Below are positions 40,510-52,832 of a stretch of 64,000 bases of DNA, piece after piece; positions within the stretch are counted from its first letter, which is position 1, and every line of letters begins with the position of its first letter. The stretch lies in NCBI GenBank assembly GCA_044892525.1, contig CM097887.1, positions 26,970,001 through 27,034,000 of the forward strand. Direction: 5' to 3'. This stretch comes from Schmidtea polychroa. Lineage: Eukaryota. The translations under genes and the position numbers were made by a program. The notes beneath the pieces were generated by a model. The model saw only the letters and a program-made list of their open reading frames with translations, had not been told where the DNA came from and did no database searches.

Positions 40510-42837
40510 ATGTCAAAAATTGCTATAAATGGTAATGGTGCAACAGTAAAATTAAAGAAAGAACTAGTTTCTGATGATGATGATGTTCCTCTTTCTAAAC
40601 GAGTTAGAAATGAGACCAATGTTAGTGATGATGATGTGCCATTATTCAATAAGTACAATTTTTGATTCAAATTACCATAGCTTATATTTAATATTTCAGT
40701 CGTAAAAGAATATCCAAGGCAGCTGATAGATCATCACAACCAGAAAAAAAGAAAGTTAAGAAAGAAATAAAATCTCCCAAAAACAGTGTATCAGATCTAA
40801 AATCGCCTAAAAAAGAAAAGGCCAAGAAAGAAGAAGAAACGGTTTGGGAATGGTGGAAAGAAGAAAAAAGAGCTGGTGGAGATAAATGGCAATTTCTTGA
40901 ACATGCCGGACCAATGTTTGAGCTAGCATACGAACCATTACCCAGCCATGTTAAGTTTTATTATGATGGCAAACATATGAAATTAAGGCCGGAAACCGAA
41001 GAAATTGCTACATTTTATGCTAAAATGTTTGACCACGATTACACTAAGAACCAAGTTTTCAACAAAAATTTTATGCGTGATTGGGCAGCTGTAATGTCAA
41101 AGGATGAAAAATCTGTGATAAAAGATCTAAGCAAATGCGATTTTAAACCAATGCAAAATTATTTCAAAAAACTAAGTGAAGATAAAAAAGCACTGCCAAA
41201 AGAAGAAAAAGAAAAAATTAAATTGAAAAACGAAGAAATTGTAAACCAATACGGCTACTGCATGATGGATAGTTACAAACAGAAAATAGGCAACTTCAAA
41301 ATCGAGCCACCTGGATTATTCCGTGGTCGAGGGAATCATCCTAAAATGGGTTCTGTAAAGCGTAGAATCATACCGGAAGATGTGATAATAAACTGTTCTA
41401 AAAACTCAAAAATTCCAAAACCACCGGCTGGTCACAAATGGAAAGAAGTTCGTCACGATCCCACCGTAACATGGCTGGCTTGTTGGCAGGAAAACGTGCA
41501 AAACAATTTCAAATACGTCATGTTAAACGCTTCATCGAGATTAAAGGGAGAAAAGGATTGGAAAAAATATGAAACCGCCAGAAAATTGCACGAAAAAATC
41601 GATAAAATCCGAAGAGATTACACTAACGATTTTAGTCATCGGGAAATGCGCATTCGACAGCGAGCTGTGGCCTTGTATTTCATTGACAGACTGGCATTGA
41701 GAGCTGGTAATGAGAAAGGTGAAGATGAAGCTGATACTGTCGGCTGTTGTTCATTGCGGGTCGAGCATATCAGTTTGGAGGTCGACTCGAGCACAGATGA
41801 ATACATTGTCAAATTCGATTTCCTAGGTAAAGATTCGATTAGGTACCAGAATGAAGTTTCTGTTCCGAAAAAGGTCTACAAAAATTTGTTGCGATTTAAA
41901 GAAGGTAAACAAGACGGTGATGATTTGTTTGACAGGTTGAACACGACCACTTTGAATCAATATCTCCGGGAATTGATGCCCGGATTGACAGCGAAAGTCT
42001 TCCGTACTTATAACGCTAGTATCACATTGGAAAGGGAACTTGTAAATAAAAAGATTGTCGCAGATAATGTCTCTAATAAAGTTCTAGCGTATAATTCAGC
42101 CAATCGACAAGTCGCTATACTTTGTAACCATCAACGGGCGGTTCCTAAAACTTTTGAAAAATCAATGGAAAATTTATCAGAAAAGGTAATTAAATTTTAC
42201 ATTTTAAGAAAATAAGCGAATTTTAATAATTTAAATTAGTCTTTGTTATTTGTTTTGATGAATTAATTATGTTAAATTTTATCTCAAAATTTAAATTGAT
42301 TACTTATTGACATTTTTACAATATTTATTTTAATCGCTTATCCAAAATAGATTGATAAGAAAAAGAAAGATTATTCCGAGGTGAAAGATCAAGCTAAAAT
42401 ATTAAAAGGAGAATATTCTAAAACAAAAGATGCTGGAACCAAAGATAGATTTGAGAAACTGAAGAAGAAATTGGAGAAAACAAAGGAAATGTTGAATAAA
42501 ATGATAAATCAACAAACTGATCGAGAAAAGAATAAAGATGTTGCACTTGGAACAAGTAAATTGAACTATCTTGATCCTCGAATTTCGATTGCTTGGTAGG
42601 ATATTTTTATTATCCATATGTTTATTTATTGTCTGGAAATGTTTTTCAAGGTGTCTCAAGAATAATGTCCCACTAAATAAGATCTACAACAAAACTCAGC
42701 TTCAGAAATTCCAATGGGCAGTCGATATGACTACCGAATATTATAAATTCCAGGATCTAAATTCGGACAAATCGACTAATGTTTTGAAGGCATGTGATAG
42801 TAATGATGATGATGACGAGGAGGATGATGATGAATGA
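40510..42837 (+). CDS. TOP1: DNA topoisomerase I (type IB); exons 40510-40652, 40700-42185, 42351-42595, 42651-42837; 686 aa
   Basis: GT-AG introns of 47, 165 and 55 nt keep the frame. Motifs [73 protein letters not shown], and catalytic SKLNY(42567-69)LDPRI. Exon 1 is less certain. Confidence 0.97.
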
Positions 42838-43711
42838 TGTCATTTTTTGAATAGAGTTGTTTGTTTTTTTCGTTTCTATGAAACTCTTTTAAATCTGTAC
42901 TCTAATGAATTGTGGACGCGTCCGAATGTTCTCTGTGTGTGTGTGTGTGAGCAAGTCAGCGTATGTGCGTGCGTCCTTGATTGAATTAGTAAATGTATTT
43001 GATATCATTTCTTTTCTTATCCATTTCTGTGTGCTGATTTCATAATTTCATTGATATCTGACTATGTCGACGACAAAAGGAAGAGGATGATGCTGATTGG
43101 ATAATATGTAGTAATATGTTACTGAAAACAAATATAATTTTGCATGTTAATGTAGTTTCAATTAATGTTATTTATATATGCACTTCATTTCGTGTTGATT
43201 TTGCATATTACAATTATTTTAATAAATTGATGATTTTCAATACTTTTGTTTGTTGGTTACATTTGTGAGTTTCGTTTTTATAAGCTTTATTTTATTTAGA
43301 TTACTAAGATTACATTTGATTGGATTTAATTTAGATTTAATTTGTTTTAATTAAACCAATGAGAGCGTATTTTATGTGCAATTTAACTTTTGTGTAATCA
43401 TAGACCTGTTTAAATTGTTTTCTTATTTATCTCGCGCTAATCATTTGTAATATAGCTATCAGGTTGAACAATAAAATTATCCTCCAATGACACTGAAACT
43501 CATTGGAAAGTAGGTTTAATGGTGCTGATTTCGAATTATCTGAAACAATTTTCTTTATTCGACTAGCCTAACATAATTGTATCACTTCAATCTGTGCACC
43601 TAATTCCGAAATAAAAAAAGTTAAAAATCGATAAAGTTATACACACCAACCGGCAATTGATTATCATCGAATGGCCATTGATTTGAAAATTTAAAAATAA
43701 ATATTAACTTA

Positions 43712-43927
43712 CCGTATTTTAGCGCATATAACGCGCGCGTTATACGCATTTTTACAAACCGTGCACCCCCCATGCGCGGTATCTGTGGGTGCGCGCTTTA
43801 TGATTTATATTTTACACGTGGCGGCTTTGCCAGTGGAAATATTTTTATGATGTGACAGTAACCCTACCATCGGTTTTATTGTTTATTGTAATCAGATACC
43901 GCGCGCGTTATATGCGCTAAAATACGG
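43712..43927. mobile_element. pogo-type MITE nested in the Tc1-like element
   Basis: Perfect ~28-bp TIR CCGTATTTTAGCGCATATAACGCGCGCG; TA TSD. Confidence 0.92.
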
Positions 43928-44063
43928 TACCTATAATAAATGTGTGTGTGTCATAGCCAGATGTGACATTGAATTATCAAGGTGACACTATAGAAAGATA
44001 GAAAAAATCGCTGTTGGAAGAAAAATAAATAAATACATACAAACACGGTTCACAAAATTTCTA

Positions 44064-44854
44064 CACCAAAGCGCATTTAATTATCATAAATGAGACATTC
44101 ATTTAGCTTTGTCAAATAAGCTTTGTTCTGGATTTTAGTTAATTTTAAGATTTTTTGTTAAAATAATGAAACAAGAAGTAAGATATTTATTTATTTATTA
44201 TAATATGCATTAAATATTTCATAGTTTTATTAAAATATCAAGAATTTAGGGAAGAATCTTTAATATTATTATTAATATGATTTTTGAAATTATTATGATC
44301 TGGTTTTCGAAGTTTCTCGTTAACTGCTTGGAATATTGCAGTAAATCATCAATTGAAGGTAAATCTGTCTGGTAAATCCATCAACCGAAGAAACTCTAGT
44401 CCTTACCCCATTTTTAATTTTGCTCAACACTTTCGATGGGGTTCAAAAATGGATTATATGGCAATTTTTCTATTTGAATAGTCAATGAAAATATATTATT
44501 GTAAATGAAATAGTCGATCCTGATGAAGTTTCTGACATATTCTTGTATATTTTTTTATAATTAATTAATTTTAAATGGAAAATGTTTAGCTAATTGAATG
44601 TCCGCATGATAAATCAATGTCCTATAGTGTGTATTTTTTATTATAGAACCGTGTTTGTATGTATTTATTTATTTTCCTTCCAACAGCGATTTTTTCTATC
44701 TTTCTATAGTGTAAGAGCTAATTGAATGTCACCTAGCTAATTCAATGTCCCTTCTGGCTATGAAACACATACATTTATTATAGGTAAGTTAATATTTATA
44801 TTATTAAATATACAAATCAATGGCCATTTGATGATAATCAAATGCCGGTTGGTG
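44064..44854 (-). mobile_element. Second copy of the same Tc1-like family, inserted inverted into the first
   Basis: Both TIRs present; TA TSD at 44062-63 and 44855-56; the host sequence resumes seamlessly after it. Confidence 0.85.
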
Positions 44855-45596
44855 TATAATAAAAAATATACACTATAGGACATTGATTTATTATACGGAC
44901 ATTCAATTAGCAAAAAAATTTCAATTTAAAATTAATTAATTATAAAAATATATACGAGAATATGTCAGAAGCTTCATCAGAATCGACTATTTCATTTCAA
45001 GAAATTCAAAGATGAATGCTCTTCAGTACATGTATGAACAAGAGATTCGGTAGATCACGAGTAAGAAATAGAATTTATAACAATATGCCAACAAATCGAG
45101 ATCCCAATATCCAAAGATGAGCAAATCCATTCACAATAATATCTTCATTGACTAGTCAAATTGAAAAGTTGCCATATAATCCATTTTTGAACCCCATCGA
45201 AAGTGTATAGCAAAATTGAAAATGGGGTAAGGACTAAAGTTTCTTGAGCTGATGGATTTACCAGACAGATTTACCTTCAATGACAGATTTACTGCAATAT
45301 CCCAAGCAGCTAACGAGGAACTTCGAAAACGAGATCATAGTAATTACAAAACTCATATTAAAGTCATATTAATATTCATATTAAAGATTCTTCCCTAAAT
45401 ACTTGAAGAAACTGGATATTTTAGGTGAACTATAAAAATTGTAATGTATATTTTAATAAATAAATAAATATCTTACTTCTTGTTTCATTATTTTAACAAA
45501 AAAACTTAAAATATAACTAAAATCCAAAACAAAGCTCAATTGACATTGCTAAATGAATGTCTCATTTATGATAATCAAATGCGCTTTGGTGTAATA

Positions 45597-46224
45597 CATC
45601 AACTGGTAATTGATAATCATATAATGGCCATTGATTAGGCCTTTTATAATACAAATATTAACTTACCTAAAATAAATGTGTGCGGGTCATAGCCAGATGT
45701 GACATTAAATAGACAGTTACACTAGAAAAAAATCGCTGTCGGAAGATAATTAAATACACACAAAATGGTTCACAAAATTTATATAATCAAAAATACACAA
45801 TAGGAGATTGATTAAGCTTATTGACATTTAATAAGCTCAAAAAATTTTAAAAAATATATAAATAGGATGCTTTTTAGGAATTAATTATTTCCAGCTCAAG
45901 AAATCCATAGAAATTTGTAAATTTCGCATTAAACTTTAGTTAATTTATAAAACTTTTCTATAAAATAACCATAGATGATAAAAAAAGATTATTGGCACAA
46001 TTGAGAGCGATCACGAATTTTACGAAATAGGCAGAAAAAAAAGAAAGAAAACAGTGATTTGTTAAAATAAACTATAAAGACTGATATTTAATAAATATAT
46101 TAAATGAAAGAAAATCAGATTAAATCATTTAAAATAAAAAGTTTTAATATTAATATTAAAACCAAACTCAATTGACATTTTTAATTAAATGTCTTATTAA
46201 TGATAATCAATTGCGCTTTGTCAG
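45597..46224 (+). mobile_element. Third, more diverged copy of the Tc1-like family
   Basis: catcaactggtaattgataatcat.. start, shared gtcatagccagatgtgacatt block, and ..atgataatcaattgcgctttg end. Confidence 0.7.
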
Positions 46225-46323
46225 TACCTAGTTGTTAGTACATTGTAACAGGTATCTGGTTGTTAGTATTTGGTAGGTAGTTGTAGTAAGCTGGTGAGGA
46301 TATATTGTTTGTATCTATTGCTA

Positions 46324-47297
46324 CACCTAACCGCGAAAGTTAACATTGTCTATAATATAAGTTGGTGTGCACACCACCTGAGGTGAGTCACCAATTATAT
46401 GACAATGTTAACTTAATTTCATTTATTCAATTTTCCAAAATTCGTTTAAAGGTAAGTTTTTGAATTAAAGTAATTTTTAGGACTTGAATTTTGATTTTAT
46501 ATAATTATGAGATCATTATTCAAGTTCTTAAATATTACTGTTAGTCAGCATTTATGATATTGATAATATATAACATTGATAATTAAATTTCAGGTGTTTT
46601 TTAGGAATTTTATGGTATTTTATTTGGATTTATTTGGATTTATTTCGTAAAAATGTAAGTTAGATATTTTTATAATTATAAATAAGTAAAGTAATCACTA
46701 AACATTTATTTTTTAAAGACATTTAGTAAAGAATGGATAAAATATTTTTTAAGTTTTTGTAATCTTCTTTCGAATTTTGTCTATTTCTGTAATTCTATGA
46801 AAATATTAATTTGTTAAAATAATTTATTAAAATTTACGATTTGCGATTTTCCTGCAAATTCAAAGATGTCGAAGGATCTTCTTCAATATCTGTAAATCTA
46901 AAGAAATTTTATATTCTAAATTATTTTATAATTAAATCTTACGATGTATTTACTTCTTTTTCCCTAAAGCTCAACGTAGAGCAGTCGGAATCTGATTCAA
47001 AAGTTTTTTTGTACATAATTTTTTAAATAATTTAAAAATATTGATATGTTAATTATATGTTAATCAATCTGAATTTCGCATGAAAAACACTTTACTTAAT
47101 TTTGTATGTATTTTTCATTATGTGTGCTGTGCTTGTATGCTTAATTATTTTCTCTCACTTTTTAGATTCCTATAATAAATATGTTAAATTTCGCGGCATT
47201 AAATTTCTACACACAGGTAAGTTTGTGTGTTCCTATAATATATATTTATTGATTTTTTTTTTAGATTATAGATAATGTTATATTTCGCGGTTAGGTG
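46324..47297. mobile_element. Tc1/mariner-type non-autonomous element
   Basis: ~35-bp TIR CACCTAACCGCGAAA..AACATT.TCTATAAT; TA TSD; sits in a degenerate tagttgt/gtatct simple repeat. Confidence 0.75.
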
Positions 47298-48072
47298 TAG
47301 TTGTTGATATCTAATTGTTAACTGGTTGTTTGTATCTAGTTAATGGGTAGATTGGGTTGTGCGTGGCCAATACCCTTAAGGCCAATACTACAAAGGGGAC
47401 AAAACATCCTGTAGGATAAACTCAGACTATATATATGATAAAACGAATTGACAATAACTTTTTATTGAACAAGCATGCAAATTTACTTTGCAATAATAAG
47501 TCAGTACGGATGCGTTGAGGTTCAATAGGAGCCGAGATAAAAATACACTAGGGAAGTTTTAGAAAAATAAATAATCCATAAATAGTATTTAATAATTACT
47601 TAAAATAGAATTAAATTATAAATAATTACTATAGTTACAATTAAAATATAAATAGTAATTAAAAATTACTATACTTAGAATATAAATAAAACTAGTATTT
47701 AAATAAAAATATGTTGTAAAATAGTAATTAAATAATTACTATTTATAGAATAGGTTAAAAATCTTTAATATAAATACCAATACAAATTTTAGTTTATGGA
47801 CGATAAAAATAGTCAGAATAAAATTAGATAATTAGCTAGACGAGCAAGCTAGACAAACATTTGAGAAACCAAAATTCGACACGCCAATCCGATAAATTTA
47901 TATCGGCAAATAATTTCGATCGACAAATACACTCAAGCTAGTTCTAACATCAACAGATTAAATAAATAACTGGATCTTGTAAGACATATATATCAAAACA
48001 ATAACTACCCAACGTATATGGAATAACAAAATTTACAATCTTTTCTCAACACTTCACAATAATAATCAAAGT

Positions 48073-48478
48073 CAGTGGCGTACCAAGGATTTCTGGGGCC
48101 CTTGTGCAGATTTTGGGACGCACAAAATATTTGTCGAACGAAGTGATCCGACTCGGATTGGATTTGACGTTTTATTAATAAACAAGTCCTCATCACATAA
48201 AAAAAACCAACGTCAAGTAAAGCAAATAATTTAATAGATGAATGGGTGTGACATATGTGGTTTACAACTATATCCAATATAGATTCCTAATAATATTAAA
48301 TGTATAAACCGTTCAAACTGTGGTTACTGTCTTAATAAAAACAAAACAAACGCCAAAGCGATGCTTGGTTTGATGACAATCGGGGAATTTATAATGCCCG
48401 AACGTATAAATTTTACTAATTTTTCGTCCTGGGCCCTTGTGCCGTGCACAACCTGCACAACCTATTGCTACGCCACTG
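48073..48478 (+). mobile_element. hAT MITE, 406 bp, inserted in the LTR-like region
   Basis: TIR CAGTGGCGTA(C/G)C; perfect TSD ATCAAAGT; near-identical to 54136-54806. Confidence 0.95.
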
Positions 48479-49074
48479 ATCAAAGTTACGTTTGACCGAT
48501 TCTCAGCACGGCGTTGATGCTTTAACAAAAGATAATATTCACCTTTTATTTCTTTAGGTTCTTTTGACCGACGTTTTCCTTTTGTTTCTTTGATTTGATC
48601 CTTTTTCACTCTTTATATTCTTATTCTATCTCTTCTTTTTCCCTAATCTGAGATTAGTAATCTCCTAAATACGTTTTTGCCTTTTCCTAAGCTCGATTTC
48701 TTCTTACCCTACCTGAGGCAAAATGCCGATTTGCTCTGATTTTCCTCTTCCTTATATACTCTTAGAAATCGTTATGATAAATGGTTATTGCCGAGCCAAT
48801 CTCTCACTTGTCATTCGCTTCCACATATCTGTTTCAGCTGTCACTCATAATGGTCCAACGAACAAAAATAATTAATAGCCCATTCGGCCCTTTTACATGC
48901 ACTATCTTCTCCTTGCGCTTTTCAAATTAATCATTGTGTCAAGCTAATGGGCCCAAATCTTCCTTCTGTTTACTTTTCTTCTTGTTTATCCAGCTCGGGT
49001 TTCCTTCCTCTCTCGGGTTCTCCATTGGCTCGGGTTTCCCATTAGCTCGGGTTTTCTATTAGCCAATTAATTAA

Positions 49075-49829
49075 TTAATTAACGTTTTCTGTTTTTACAC
49101 ATTTGAATACGTTTATCATTTCACTATATTCATTATCACAATTCACATAAGGTCTGACATCATCTAAAATTTTTAATTTATATCTCAATTCAAGTTCTAA
49201 ATTTAAAATATTATTTAATTTATCAGTAATATCACCTGTATCTCCCTTGATCAATGCTTCATTTAATTCAAATTTAATTCTAACAACATCGTATTTGACA
49301 GGTTTCTTATTGGTAATCATGCTCATTATTTGTATCTCATTTTCAATACCGGGGATCAATCCACAATCTACTAAAAATTCGTCATCCTCCAACATTCGGC
49401 CCATAAATCTAAGTTCTACTGCCCAGACTTCACACTTGTGCATTTTTCTCTTTTTAGCTCGTGCACCTTTTCGTATGCTTCAATTTGATAATCGGATTTG
49501 GTGTTATGTGATGCATTTGCTTTGATGAATATTGGGTCTAACCATTTAATTTTTCGTAGAGATTGGCCAAATTCTTTCATAAAGTTTTCGAATACCTTTC
49601 GCTTTTCCACACTTGCTGCATAAAATTCTGCACAAAGTTTAATAACGATTTTAAGTTTTGTTAAACTCGACGATATTTTCATTAGCTTCATTAATACTTC
49701 TGTCAACTTCTGAGAATTTGTATCAGATTTTGACTTGTTTTCTAGCCTTTGCAATAAGTATTGTATTCTTTTCACTTTGCATATCCGTTTTAACTCTGTT
49801 TCTTGTGACATCATCCAGTTTTGATTCAT
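49075..49829 (-). pseudogene. Frameshifted ORF containing a ubiquitin-like domain (about 49324-49535)
   Basis: Restoring one A in the A5 run (49443-47) joins the two track ORFs into IFIKANASH..YQIEAYEKVHELK..ELRFMGRMLEDDEFLVDCGL..EIQIM. Confidence 0.6.
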
Positions 49830-49961
49830 CTTTCCTCAACTTTCGTCCCGTCATCATGTGAGCATCTGTTTCTTCATCTGATTCAAATTTTGCTATCATT
49901 TATTCAATTTTTGATTCAATTGTTTAACATCTTTCTCGATTTTCTCTCTAAATTTATTTTT

Positions 49962-51210
49962 CTAAACATAAGCAACGTTATTCTTTGACTGGCTTTCATC
50001 CTGAAATCTAATTGTACGTTTCAAAATTGGTTTTTGAAATTTATCAGAATTCCTGGGACAAGATCTTGCAATATGCCCGTAATTTCTGCACAAATGACAT
50101 TGAATTTGCCCATTTAAATTCACATTGTCTCTCTGTGGTGATAGTGACGTTGATGCTGACCTTGACCTAGGAAAAAAATTTCCAGAAACATGTCCTTTTT
50201 TACCACTACGATAACATTGTACCTCATTAAAATTTGACTTCACATTAGGAATTGCTCTCCGAAAATTTGTTCCTCTATCATCTTTACGCCAATCTGGACT
50301 CAATTTCCTGGGTACTCTGTCAGAATTATTTTTAAACCAACACTGGTTTGTATAATGACCAATATTTTTACAAATATCACACTGAATAACTTTAGCTCTC
50401 TCAGTGCCTGGTGAATTTTGGCTTGCTCTGTTCACATTATTATCGTTCCTCCATTTGGTTGATGGGTTTTTCTATCATTGGAATCTATTTCCTGATTCCC
50501 AATTGTCTTGGGTTGGGGTTATTGATCTTTCTCTTTGTACTGGAATTATTGCAAATACCTCAGATTTATTTTTAGAGCTCTTTAGATTCAATTCAATTTT
50601 CATAGCTTTCTAACTAGTTCATCAAAATTGTCATAGTCTACACAACACAATGCCATCTTTTTTTTCTTTATTTTCTTCTGACAAAAATTAGTCTTGAATC
50701 AGCTCCTTCATCTGTTGGGCTAATCCTGGTTGTTTCGCATCTTCTTCAAAGAATTTGCTGGCAAGGGTCGATAAATTATAAGCAAATTCGCTCACTGTTT
50801 CATTTGGATTTTGGACTCTATTATAAAATTTTTCACGCATTAATCTCTTAATATCTTCTCCAATGAGTTTAGCAGCCAATGCATCTTTCAACTTGGCCCA
50901 ATCATCGCCGATTATTTTCCTGTCGATTTGTTGCCAAACCTCTCTAGCTGCTCTTTTAAGATATAAGGGTAATCTTTGAATCCTGATTGCTTGAGACCAT
51001 TCATAAGCCATTGCATACATATAGTAATCACTCATAAAATCAATAAAAATAACTGGATCTCCTCCATATTGCTCTACTGGCAATCTTTGACAACTGGCAA
51101 AATCATTATTTTTTTAACAACTGAAACTCGCAAATCTTCATTACTCATTATAGCTTCTTTGTTATTCTTACTGCGTAAATAATATCGATTCACTTTAATA
51201 AAATATTTTC
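49962..51210 (-). pseudogene. gag: Ty3/Gypsy gag pseudogene: capsid domain plus three CCHC knuckles
   Basis: YYLRS start; capsid pattern QYGGD..LPLYLKRAAREVW..W..LKDAL..RVQNPNETVSEF; knuckles CDICKNIGHYTNQC, CYRSGKKGHVSGNF (decayed) and CHLCRNYGHIARSC; several stops and frameshifts. Confidence 0.88.
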
Positions 51211-51349
51211 TCAAATTGCACAAAATCTAAATTTCAAATTATTACTACAATAAATAATTTACCTTTTCACAATTAACTTTAATAATTTCAATTTATCACA
51301 CTTTATTTTCCACAATTTTTCTTTTCAACAATCTTTTCACCAACTTTTG

Positions 51350-51367
51350 ATCACGTCGGACTTACCA
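51350..51367 (-). promoter_or_regulatory. tRNA-Trp-like primer-binding site
   Basis: TGGTAAGTCCGACGTGAT versus canonical TGGTGACCCCGACGTGAT (15/18), 5 nt after a CCCAACA end and upstream of gag. Confidence 0.7.
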
Positions 51368-51864
51368 AAATATGTTGGGTTATTGATTGAGATAATTAAT
51401 GAATAAACCTTAACAACAGGGACAAAATATTTTGTCTGATCCATGAAATCAAAGTGTAATAATGAATACATTGCCATTACTATTCTTCCTTTTCTTAGAA
51501 TTACCATATCCAGTAAAAAGAGATATATTTTCATTATCACCATTAGAATTTAAAATAGTTTTAATTATTACCTTGTGCGCAAATATATAAAGTTGCTACC
51601 CTCAATTTTGATATGATTAAATACGAGAATCGCGTCTTTAAAAAGCGTACGAAAACATCAGCGGTATCAGCCAAATCTTTTTGATCTCTATTGGTAACTT
51701 TCACTTGAAAGGTTTGTCAATTTTTTCTTCACCACTTTAGATAAATTAAAACATATCTAACGAATAAACGTGAGCTGTGTTCACTTCTCAAGTGGCTGGT
51801 TATAAATAATTCATTCTTAATTTTCTTCCATCTTGTCATAATAAGATTTTTGAACAATGACAAT

Positions 51865-52593
51865 CAGGGGCGGCTCAAGAAATTTGTCTAAGTTGAGCGC
51901 CCTAGGCAAACTTTTATGAAGCGCCTACCCTAAAGAATGTCAACTGAAACATTACGTTTCAATCTATATAACTATATAACCTAACCAAACAAAACTTTGC
52001 CTAACCTAACTTGACCAACCTTGACTAATTTGCAAAGTTTTATGAGGCTAGCTTATATAGTTTAAGGCAACAGTTCTTAAACTGGGGGTCGCGACCCAAA
52101 CTGGAGTCGTTAGATTTTTTCATGGGGTCGCGAAAAATTCCCAAATTTAAAACAACACTAAAATTTCTATCTTTCTAACGTTTTTTTTGAATAGCGATTA
52201 TTTGTCAAAAAAATATAGGTTGTGGGTCGCCAAAAGACGGCATTTAAAATCTGGGGTCGCAATACAGAAAAGTTTAAGAACCGCTGGTTTAAGGGACATG
52301 GTAAAATTTGTATTTTTAAATTCTACAAAAAGAACATTCTTTAATTTTATAATGGTAAGAAATGTATACAAATCCTTATGAGACGTCACCAAATTTGGGC
52401 TAGAATACAGCTAAATTCAATCATTATTTGAAGATAAATTTATTATAAAAAATGTTAAATCACCAAACGCATATTTTAATAAATATTTTTTTTTCTATAT
52501 TCAAGAAATAATTTATAAAAATATTTTTACGCCTTACAAAATTGAGCGCCCTAGGCGGCCGCCTACTTCGCCTATATGGAAGAGCCGTCCCTG
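51865..52593. mobile_element. hAT MITE (CAGGGGCGGCTC type)
   Basis: TIRs CAGGGGCGGCTC and CAGGGACGGCTC (rc); perfect TSD ATGACAAT; subterminal ttgagcgccctaggc repeat. Confidence 0.92.
52068..52286. mobile_element. Charlie-like hAT MITE nested in the previous element
   Basis: TIRs CAACAGTTCTTAAAC and CAGCGGTTCTTAAAC (rc); perfect TSD GTTTAAGG; internal ggggtcgc repeats. Confidence 0.92.
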
Positions 52594-52832
52594 ATGACAA
52601 TGAAGTTTAATAACCTTCAACCACTCGTTCATCATTCATTTTGACTTACCTACACTCCCACAATTTCCACTTGTTTCAACCACTTTTATATTAGCTTTTA
52701 TATTATAACATGATTGATATTATTTAAATGTTTTTTTATATTTCAACTTTAGGTTAGAATTTATTGAAAATCGGTAAATTAATATATTTGTAGAATTGGT
52801 GGAATGAATTGAGGGGGTCCTTATACATCTAA

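Larger units (their letters stand above)
43644..45591 (+). mobile_element. Tc1/IS630-like deletion derivative, interrupted by two insertions
   Basis: TIRs CACCAACCGGCA(A/T)TTGATTATCAT and CACCAAAGCGCATTTGATTATCAT (rc); LPYNPFLNPIE remnant near 45165; ends in TA. Confidence 0.8.
47352..51440 (-). mobile_element. Decayed Gypsy-type LTR element: PBS, gag, Lys/Glu-rich segment, UBL domain, LTR-like 3' region; no pol seen
   Basis: See component features. LTR boundaries are uncertain: only ~70 bp of weak similarity between 47352-47420 and 51373-51440. Confidence 0.7.

Noticed and set aside
49235-49265. ALIKGDTG as a retroviral/DDI1-like aspartic protease after the UBL
   Set aside because: The spacing does not fit hydrophobic-hydrophobic-D-T-G, and only ~45 aa follow.
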